Source: a virus (Duplodnaviria > Heunggongvirae > Uroviricota > Caudoviricetes). From it: a DNA stretch of 64,000 nt. Shown here in pieces: positions 1 through 6,444 of this stretch. The notes beneath the pieces are model-generated. The model was given only the letters and a program-made list of their open reading frames with translations. It ran no database searches and had not been told where the DNA came from. How positions within the stretch are numbered: position 1 is the first letter of the stretch; each line of letters opens with the position of its first letter. Made by a program: the position numbers and the translations under genes. Location: positions 2,668 to 66,667 of the IMG/VR virus record IMGVR_UViG_3300010883_000008, one strand, 5' to 3'.

Positions 1-382
1 CCCAGATTTCGAGCTTACTGTCACTGCTACTCATCGGATCTTCCTTTCTACTAATCTACTGACTTGGCTGCTGAGCTTACTGCTGCTGCTGCTGGGGAAT
101 CCCATACAGTTCTCGTTCCTAGCTATAATCATTTCCTTACTTTTATGCATATATGTCATGTAGGGGGGAGGGGCAAGAGCTATAAAAAATGCCCCCCGAC
201 TTCCGAACATTCTGAACGGAAGAAGAGAGGCGTCTCTGTATTTATGTACTAGGACCACAGAGTGAGGTAGCTAGTAGAAGGTGATGTGCCTTAGGCTGGT
301 TTTAATTAGACTCATCCAATTCGGGATAGTTGGAGGCTTATATAAGCCCATCCGGTATATGAACATCACAGCTTACTTCGGG

Positions 383-637
383 TCATTCGGGGAGCGTTTC
401 AGGCTCCTTACAACATTCCATGAGATCGAGCAACTCGTCAGGCATACACGCATGTGGCGTACTCGCCCGCACAACTAAGAGATCAATAGCCATTTCCTGT
501 AAGAATTCGGCATCAGGGGGAACCTCTGCCAATGTCAAACTTACTATCAAATAACCCGGGACCCGCATAGTCTGTTTCTCGGTGTCAGTAATCGTGACGG
601 TAATGCTATACATCAAAGTACTCCAAGCTGCCCCCAA
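383..637 (-). CDS. hypothetical protein (weak)
   Basis: 84-aa minus-strand ORF with protein-like composition (LQEMAIDLLVVRASTPHACMPDELLDLME). No recognisable motif. The left end of the window is poorly coding. Confidence 0.25.
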   Translation of the reverse strand: MGAAWSTLMYSITVTITDTEKQTMRVPGYLIVSLTLAEVPPDAEFLQEMAIDLLVVRASTPHACMPDELLDLMECCKEPETLPE

Positions 638-671
638 GACATCATGCCTCAGGGGAGCTAGAGTGATACGG

Positions 672-1274
672 TTAGCCTTGCGATCCGGTCAAGGCGTCCA
701 GTGCAGGATTGCCTGCGACCCCCCCGGGGGTATCTTTTTCAGGAGTAGCGGCTGGTGTGATACCAGCGTCCTTTTCCGAGGTAGGTTCGACCGAAGTAGA
801 CTCCCCCTCAGTGATAGTATCCCCTCCGGTCGCCGTCTCCATTGAAGGGTTTGGGACAAACGCGTCCTTGGGAATTGTTGCATCTTTGAGAGATGCTTCG
901 AGTTCCTTGATGCGTTTCAGGGCCTTGGCATGTGTCGCCTTGGTGACCCCATCTTTACCGGCCCCGCCACCCTTGAGCGATTTGGCGAGGGCTTTGCTTT
1001 TGTCCGAGAAGCGTATCGAACCTCCGGGCAGGACACGTTCCGCCCCGTCTTCCTTCTCGACACAGGCCACCGCGTCCATAGCAATTATCTGCTCCGCAAG
1101 GGTTTTGAACGAGGCATGGGCTTTTCGCAACCCCTCCTCACGTGTGTCACCATCTGATTCAATAGTGACGTTCAAGATGAACTTCGACATGTCCAGTTCT
1201 CCATAAATTGTGTTGGTACTGCCCCGGATGGGGTCAGATTCATCAAGGTTCAGTCCCTCATTTGTACGCTCCAT
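672..1274 (-). CDS. hypothetical Lys/Glu/Thr-rich protein
   Basis: 200-aa ORF with a basic lysine-rich centre (KALAKSLKGGGAGKDGVTKATHAKALKRIKELEASLK) and an acidic/Thr-Pro-rich tail. The overlapping plus-strand ORF looks like antisense. Confidence 0.45.
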   Translation of the reverse strand: MERTNEGLNLDESDPIRGSTNTIYGELDMSKFILNVTIESDGDTREEGLRKAHASFKTLAEQIIAMDAVACVEKEDGAERVLPGGSIRFSDKSKALAKSLKGGGAGKDGVTKATHAKALKRIKELEASLKDATIPKDAFVPNPSMETATGGDTITEGESTSVEPTSEKDAGITPAATPEKDTPGGVAGNPALDALTGSQG

Positions 1275-1362
1275 GTTGGTGAGTAACGCTTCGGGGTCAG
1301 GTTTCCCATCGAAGACCCCAGCATACCCCCGGATTCTTTACAAGTCAAGGCAGAGATTGAGT

Positions 1363-1836
1363 TTACTTTGGACGTTTATTGGCGAACTTTGCTCGTATCA
1401 GAGCCTTCCACAACAGCAGTACACCCACCCGTTTACTTGTATCTTTGACCGGCACCGTAAAGCTCAGTTGCAACACGTCCCCGAGAACGAGTTCTTCAAA
1501 CTTCATGGTTTGACACTCCATCAAGCCACCAATCGTATTATAGGTGACGTGGTAATGCTCGCCTGCAACGAAATGCTCAGGGGATGTAATGTTCACAACC
1601 TGTCTCATCATGCGTCTCCAGTGTATAAATGTCGGACCACACTCAGGCAAGCACCCGACCATTCTGGTGGGAGAGCCTCGTCCGGGATTATCGCCCCACT
1701 TTGAGGGAGTCGTGCTTTTTTCATGTCCCGCCGACATTATGCTTCTAAACCAGGGAGGCAGGACTCGAACCTGCAAGGATTCAAAGTTGGGCAACGTCAT
1801 TCTGACAACCCGGTTGACTGACCATGAATCAGTCAC
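1363..1836 (-). CDS. hypothetical protein, start uncertain
   Basis: 157-aa ORF. The C-terminal half is protein-like (FVAGEHYHVTYNTIGGLMECQTMKFEELVLGDVLQL). The N-terminal part overlaps the tRNA-like element at 1750-1776, so the true start is probably internal. Confidence 0.25.
   Translation of the reverse strand: MTDSWSVNRVVRMTLPNFESLQVRVLPPWFRSIMSAGHEKSTTPSKWGDNPGRGSPTRMVGCLPECGPTFIHWRRMMRQVVNITSPEHFVAGEHYHVTYNTIGGLMECQTMKFEELVLGDVLQLSFTVPVKDTSKRVGVLLLWKALIRAKFANKRPK
1750..1776 (-). other. tRNA 3'-half-like element (T-arm plus acceptor 3' strand) without a matching 5' acceptor strand
   Basis: The minus strand reads GCAGG-TTCGAGT-CCTGC (canonical T-stem/T-loop), then CTCCCTG plus G. No complementary CAGGGAG is found 60-90 nt upstream. 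So this is either a tRNA fragment, an att-core-like element, or a tRNA I cannot fold by eye. Confidence 0.3.
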
Positions 1837-2144
1837 TTCTATCCCACAACGAGGAGTTGGCCCCCCGCATGTCTACCGATTGCATCACTCCCCGAAAAAC
1901 TAAAGAAGGCGGGGCAGGACTTGCACCTACAAGGGGATCACGATCAATGCCGAGTAGCTATCTCGAACACCGGACTACCAGGGCCTAAAGGTAGTAATCC
2001 GTACCACTTTCCCCATAGGGTTCTACACCCTACGCGTTTACTAATTTCGCCACCCGCCCAGGTGGTCAATGAACGTAGCCTAATTTCTCCGGGGCCGTTG
2101 GCCGACACTACCGAAATCAGGGACTTTAATACCCTACGTTCAAG

Positions 2145-2218
2145 CCCTCAGGGTGGGTATCGAACCCACGCGACTGTCGGGGAATGACCCACGCCAGTTT
2201 GCTCCAAAGTCCCTGAGG
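2145..2218 (-). tRNA. tRNA-like gene (anticodon not resolved)
   Basis: The minus strand has a perfect 7-bp acceptor stem (CCTCAGG/CCTGAGG). It also has a canonical T-arm, GTGGG-TTCGATA-CCCAC, and discriminator G. Total length is 74 nt. The D and anticodon arms are non-canonical when folded by hand. Confidence 0.4.
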
Positions 2219-2284
2219 ATTGTAATCCGCACCACTGCCCGAAGGCCCTCCAAGAGGGATGCGGATCACCTACGTTAGTCGCCA

Positions 2285-2300
2285 GTGCAACTGATTGCAC
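2285..2300. repeat. palindrome family copy: GTGCAACTGATTGCAC
   Basis: Near-perfect 16-bp inverted repeat with half sites GTGCAA/TTGCAC. It lies in the non-coding tRNA-like region. Confidence 0.85.
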
Positions 2301-2480
2301 AAATTAACTAGCCAAGAAGGATTCGATTTCTCGACCCCACATTCGGTGACCGTTGCTCAACACCACGTAGGGGATCAACAACCCGTCTAGGCGTTCCGCT
2401 GCGATAACCTCGACCGTCGCCGTGGACTTACCCCACGAGACCTTACTACCAATTCCCAACAATAACATACCATCCCTTTC

Positions 2481-2801
2481 TCAAAAGATTTCCCATCGAT
2501 CATCGACACGATGATAGCCTATAACGTCGTAAACTTGCCAATTCTTCTGGTATTGACTTAACCATTTGAGGAACGTTCTTCTCTTTTGATAACGTTGCAC
2601 ACGGGTCACTTCCCGCGTTTTTCGTGACACCAGTTCGATCTTAAACATGAGGGTACTTTCATGATGTTTTCTCGAATCAGGTGCAGTTGTATTATGCCGA
2701 ACCTCGCGGACCCCCATCCACTCAAACGGTTCGGCACCTGTCGGAGACCTATTCACGACAGGCGAATTCTCGTAGACCCACACGGACGCTCTTGGGGTCA
2801 A
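2481..2801 (-). CDS. hypothetical protein
   Basis: 106-aa ORF. It overlaps the next gene by 53 nt, so the start is probably internal. Confidence 0.3.
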   Translation of the reverse strand: MTPRASVWVYENSPVVNRSPTGAEPFEWMGVREVRHNTTAPDSRKHHESTLMFKIELVSRKTREVTRVQRYQKRRTFLKWLSQYQKNWQVYDVIGYHRVDDRWEIF

Positions 2802-3159
2802 ACTTGTATTGTTTTTTGTCGCTTAGGCGACGGGCGATAATCGGGTATTTGGGGGCACTCCGATTAGCACCTACGATCTGGAAGGTGTGACCATCATACT
2901 CGAATACCCGATGCATGTCGTCAGCTTCCAGTCCCCACTGAGGGGCCAGTCTTTCAAAGTCGGTGACCGTGCGATCACGAACCTTACCACCTTCGCCCAC
3001 CACAGCGACCTCAAGTTGGAACGTACAGTTCTCCGTGGTGAATTTGCCCCGGCCTACCTTAATGGATAGCCCGAGAGCCAAAGCAGACTTTTCCAGTTCC
3101 GCTTCGATGTGATTTCGTAGTTTCGTTACGACCTCACTGTTTAATTCGTCAATTCTCAT
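2749..3159 (-). CDS. hypothetical protein
   Basis: 136-aa ORF. Composition is protein-like and the arrangement is compact with its neighbours. Confidence 0.45.
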   Translation of the reverse strand: MRIDELNSEVVTKLRNHIEAELEKSALALGLSIKVGRGKFTTENCTFQLEVAVVGEGGKVRDRTVTDFERLAPQWGLEADDMHRVFEYDGHTFQIVGANRSAPKYPIIARRLSDKKQYKFDPKSVRVGLREFACRE

Positions 3160-3161
3160 GA

Positions 3162-3377
3162 TTAGTATACCTCCACCGAGATTTCCGCCATTTCAGACAT
3201 GTCGATGACTTCGACAGGCATTCCGCCAAATTCTTTGGCAATCGCGTCGACTTCGTCCCCGGAGAATTCCGAGGCTTCGTCTCGCTGAGTTGTCCAGCGG
3301 AACCCAAAGTCTGTGGTAGCGACGTACCGGAGGGGCTGGTTTGTGATCAGTAGATACATAGTAGGTCTCCGTAGCAA
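3162..3377 (-). CDS. hypothetical small acidic protein
   Basis: 71-aa ORF. It follows the previous gene with a 2-nt gap. Confidence 0.4.
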   Translation of the reverse strand: MLRRPTMYLLITNQPLRYVATTDFGFRWTTQRDEASEFSGDEVDAIAKEFGGMPVEVIDMSEMAEISVEVY

Positions 3378-3428
3378 GGGGGGTATCGTTTTCCGATGAG
3401 TACAGTATCGCAGGTCAGCTTTTACGTG

Positions 3429-3611
3429 TCAAACATCACTGCTGACAGGTTTTTCAACCAACTCCCCGCGTAATACTCGAATCGACGGATCAGCATCGAT
3501 ACCTAACTTAATGGTGTTTCCTCGTACTTTAGTCACGGTCACTATTACGGGACCGAGGGGGGTCTCAATCATCAGGCTTTCGCCGGGCTTCCGAGATAAA
3601 ATTAACGCCAT
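3429..3611 (-). CDS. csrA: CsrA/RsmA-family post-transcriptional regulator homologue
   Basis: Internal Met start at 3611 with a GGAGGA Shine-Dalgarno sequence 7 nt upstream. The 60-aa product, MALILSRKPGESLMIE..VIVTVTKVRGNTIKLGIDADPSIRVLRGEL, aligns along its length with E. coli CsrA ([47 protein letters not shown]). Confidence 0.75.
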   Translation of the reverse strand: MALILSRKPGESLMIETPLGPVIVTVTKVRGNTIKLGIDADPSIRVLRGELVEKPVSSDV

Positions 3612-3724
3612 GTCCAATCCTCCATGAAAATTACAACTACGTAGGCAACAACACCTATCGTTAAAGCCCCTGTGACCCATAGCAGGGTCGGCAGGGGGAT
3701 GCTAAAGATGAATCCTTCCATCAT
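3602..3724 (-). CDS. small single-pass membrane protein
   Basis: Internal start MMEGFIFSIPLPTLLWVTGALTIGVVAYVVVIFMEDWTWR, one hydrophobic helix. ATGA start/stop overlap with the upstream gene and an AGGAGA Shine-Dalgarno sequence. Its 3' end overlaps the csrA start. Confidence 0.4.
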   Translation of the reverse strand: MMEGFIFSIPLPTLLWVTGALTIGVVAYVVVIFMEDWTWR

Positions 3725-4008
3725 CGATTCTCCTGAAGTTCCTTGAGTGCTTTTTCCAAGATCGCCACGTCCCGGGCTGCTCGTTCGGATACGTCCTTCA
3801 TATCCGGACGTTTGTCCGCAGACCAATTCTTGTAGTGATCCACCCAAAAGGCCAACTCATCGAGGCAGTCCCCGAAGCCTTCGTGAACAACTGCGAATTT
3901 GGCATGGCGGTTGCTGTCGTTCGGGAGCCGCCGAACCTTTAGTCCGGTGTCCTTGAAGAACGTCGTGTTACGAATCTTATCCGCGTGCATATTCCGCCAC
4001 TCCTTCAT
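3721..4008 (-). CDS. hypothetical protein
   Basis: 95-aa ORF with charged composition. Confidence 0.45.
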   Translation of the reverse strand: MKEWRNMHADKIRNTTFFKDTGLKVRRLPNDSNRHAKFAVVHEGFGDCLDELAFWVDHYKNWSADKRPDMKDVSERAARDVAILEKALKELQENR

Positions 4009-4288
4009 CCACCGATTTGCATCCGGTGGTCTGCATGTTGAAGTCGTCCATCTTGACGCCGACCGACATCAGCCAGATAGCTCGTAGCACCTTACGTCGA
4101 TGCGGGGAGGTATTGAACAGCTTGATGGTCGAGGGCTTTTCAAACCCCAGCTTCACACAGGCGTTTTGAATGTCGACTAGTTTGGGTTCGTTGTTAGCCA
4201 TAAGAAAGGTCTCCAGTTGGGGGTGTCGTTTGGCAATCGATTTGCCATATAAAGAGTATCGACGATTCCCTTCCAAAAGTCCAGTCAT
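3977..4288 (-). CDS. hypothetical protein
   Basis: 103-aa ORF. Confidence 0.4.
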   Translation of the reverse strand: MTGLLEGNRRYSLYGKSIAKRHPQLETFLMANNEPKLVDIQNACVKLGFEKPSTIKLFNTSPHRRKVLRAIWLMSVGVKMDDFNMQTTGCKSVDEGVAEYARG

Positions 4289-4306
4289 TTCTGGGGTATA
4301 AAATTA

Positions 4307-4525
4307 TTAGGATTCTGGCTCGATAATGGCCTCAGCCCAGTAATAGATAGCTACAGTTAACACGGGCGGATGACCATCCTCACTTGGGATGCAGTTCTCC
4401 GTGATGCTTTGGATGTTTGCCCGACCTACTCGATGTACGTATCTACGTACTCGATCCATAGTAGGGTTAGCATCCTCATCGTGGGTAGGGTCTTCCTCCG
4501 AGAATTCTTGTCGCCACAGGTTCAT
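4307..4525 (-). CDS. hypothetical protein
   Basis: 72-aa ORF. Confidence 0.35.
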   Translation of the reverse strand: MNLWRQEFSEEDPTHDEDANPTMDRVRRYVHRVGRANIQSITENCIPSEDGHPPVLTVAIYYWAEAIIEPES

Positions 4526-4615
4526 ATCAGTCTCCTAAAGTAAAAGGAGCCTTAGGACGAATCCCAAGGCTCCCCGCGAAGTTCCTCGTTACTCCCAGGT
4601 AACGCGGACTATGTA

Positions 4616-4927
4616 TCAGTCTTTCATCTTTTTGATTTGTTTGTTGTACTTCTCAGCCCAATCGTTGGGTTTTTCTTCCTCTTTGTCCCCGAGCAGTTCC
4701 CGGGGAGTCTTACCCTGTTCCGTGATCGTAGCGACCACCCCAAGACTTTTGCTCCGGGTTCCTCCGAGAACAACCGTTATGTAACCCTTCCTTTTGAGGT
4801 ACTGAACCGTTTGTTCTAAATCCGGGTCCCCGACCTTCAAGTCCAGATCCAGAGCAAGATCCCTGACTGCGATTGTGGACTCATCCGCATCGCGTATCAA
4901 CTTTAGTATTCGGTTCCATTGCAGCAT
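4616..4927 (-). CDS. hypothetical protein
   Basis: 103-aa ORF with a Lys-rich C terminus. Confidence 0.45.
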   Translation of the reverse strand: MLQWNRILKLIRDADESTIAVRDLALDLDLKVGDPDLEQTVQYLKRKGYITVVLGGTRSKSLGVVATITEQGKTPRELLGDKEEEKPNDWAEKYNKQIKKMKD

Positions 4928-4930
4928 GGC

Positions 4931-5269
4931 TTAATCCATAGGGCGAGAGAGTATGTCGTCAGGGGGTTCCTCCACCGAAACCCCGTAGTCCTCGATAGGG
5001 CTAGGAAGTACCAGGGGGCGAAGGGATACCCGTTCAGGTTTTGGCACCTTTACAGGCTCAGTTAAAAGGTAGCCTGAAACAGTGCGTAGGTAGGGGCGTT
5101 TCTTTATGATATAGAGACACTCCCAAGTACAATCCAGACTTCGTATAAAGTCGTCTGCTTCCATCGACGTACTAAAGATGTAGTCGTCAGGGGAACTCAG
5201 GGGGAGGAAGCTCCGCCATTCGGCCATCCGATGGGTAACTTCTATACGGCAGGGTCCGCGTCCGTGCAT
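4931..5269 (-). CDS. hypothetical protein
   Basis: 112-aa ORF. Confidence 0.4.
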   Translation of the reverse strand: MHGRGPCRIEVTHRMAEWRSFLPLSSPDDYIFSTSMEADDFIRSLDCTWECLYIIKKRPYLRTVSGYLLTEPVKVPKPERVSLRPLVLPSPIEDYGVSVEEPPDDILSRPMD

Positions 5270-5319
5270 GTCACTTCCCTAATAATGTATCGTGAACTCC
5301 CCCATCATACCACAAACTT

Positions 5320-5796
5320 CTACTGTTTCATATCCGAGATCTGCACGCCGGGCTTCCCCGATTTGGTTATGCGGGACGCTGAGATAGCCGCAGCGAGTGC
5401 TTTCTCTTCATCAGATCCACCCCCCGCGTCAACCAGCTTAAGTAAGGCATCCACTTTCGATCCCGATTCTTTGTATTCAATCGCAATCATGTGGCCTAGC
5501 AATTTGGTGTGGACCGACAACAACGCTCGAAGGGGATGTTCTTCGCCGGATTCCCGGGGGTAGCTTGCGTTCAGCTTCCGAACCAGTTTGATCATGTGCA
5601 TCTTCCCCGGCAGAGGGACGGTCCCTTTGGTTTTCGTGGACAGCACCAACTCGTTCATCAAGTTCACAAGGTCAGTCTCATCCTGAACAAGGTCGTTCAT
5701 TTGTTTCTTGGTCTTGACATAGGTTTTAGCCAAGCTGTCAACCAGAGCTTCTTGCGAAGTAAATTCTTCCTTAGTGACGGGGTTAACGTGGAGCAT
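5320..5796 (-). CDS. hypothetical protein
   Basis: 158-aa ORF. Confidence 0.45.
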   Translation of the reverse strand: MLHVNPVTKEEFTSQEALVDSLAKTYVKTKKQMNDLVQDETDLVNLMNELVLSTKTKGTVPLPGKMHMIKLVRKLNASYPRESGEEHPLRALLSVHTKLLGHMIAIEYKESGSKVDALLKLVDAGGGSDEEKALAAAISASRITKSGKPGVQISDMKQ

Positions 5797-6073
5797 TCTT
5801 ATTTTCCTCTTGAATAGTTCTCATTAGGTGAGCCGCAAACGACTTTTCGAGATCCCCCAAGGATTTCGCGTCTGAGGTCCAAACTTCTACGGTAGGGGAG
5901 TTTGGCCGAGTCTTATCATGTTCCCGAATCACGTGGAGTTTCTCCCCCTTCATGAACCGGTACATCTGGCCCGTCCGGCGATGCACGTCCTCGTTCATCG
6001 ATTTCACCGGAAATCCTAGATGGTCCTTTAACCATGCCACGAACATCGGTATCAAGCCTGCATCTAAGGTCAT
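5783..6073 (-). CDS. hypothetical protein (may be the 3' part of a frameshifted gene)
   Basis: 96-aa ORF overlapping ORF 5916-6284 by 158 nt in another frame. Its C-terminal part is protein-like. Confidence 0.35.
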   Translation of the reverse strand: MTLDAGLIPMFVAWLKDHLGFPVKSMNEDVHRRTGQMYRFMKGEKLHVIREHDKTRPNSPTVEVWTSDAKSLGDLEKSFAAHLMRTIQEENKNAPR

Positions 6074-6284
6074 CCAAGCGTTCCTTTAATATCACGGCGT
6101 CCAATTCTTCGCCGTTAGTTTCGCCACATAGGGCATTCTTTGCCAAGCGTACCAGTTCATAACTCAAGCTAGTACGAATCCCCGACTCCCGTTTTGCCGC
6201 GACAATTTCAAGCAAGTACTCAAGTACCCACTCGTCAGTCCGACGAAAGGTGATCTCCCGAGTTTGGTTCTTGCCCTTGGGCAC
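5916..6284 (-). CDS. hypothetical protein (N-terminal ~70 aa convincing, tail low-complexity)
   Basis: 122-aa ORF. Residues 1-70 (MPKGKNQTREITFRRTDEWVLEYLLEIVAAKRESG...) look genuine. The part overlapping ORF 5783-6073 turns Gly/Pro/Arg-rich. Confidence 0.35.
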   Translation of the reverse strand: MPKGKNQTREITFRRTDEWVLEYLLEIVAAKRESGIRTSLSYELVRLAKNALCGETNGEELDAVILKERLDDLRCRLDTDVRGMVKGPSRISGEIDERGRASPDGPDVPVHEGGETPRDSGT

Positions 6285-6444
6285 GGTGTCGCTCCAATCC
6301 GATTTTCAGTACTTCAACCGCAGCAGCACCTTGGGACAACGGAATGCCTTGGCGTTCCGCAATGTCCCGTAGTTGCTGGAGGGCATCGAAGATCCATAAA
6401 TCTTCCTTCGGCACCCAGATGGATAGTTTACGGCCTTTGATCAA
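6235..6444 (-). CDS. ribbon-helix-helix (CopG/Arc-like) DNA-binding protein, putative
   Basis: 69 aa. KLSIWVPKEDLWIFDALQQLRDIAERQGIPLSQGAAAVEVLKIGLE fits the RHH beta-strand, helix A, helix B pattern. It sits just upstream of the vWA/MoxR pair. Confidence 0.45.
   Translation of the reverse strand: MIKGRKLSIWVPKEDLWIFDALQQLRDIAERQGIPLSQGAAAVEVLKIGLERHRAQGQEPNSGDHLSSD

Noticed and set aside
31-258. 75-aa minus-strand and 62-aa plus-strand ORFs at the extreme left
   Set aside because: Both have low-complexity, non-protein-like composition and lie in an AT-rich, hairpin-containing region. Probably non-coding.
1750-1776. The truncated tRNA as proof of a prophage attachment site
   Set aside because: No tyrosine or serine recombinase is recognisable anywhere in the window, and both window ends look like phage DNA. 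att-site status stays speculative.
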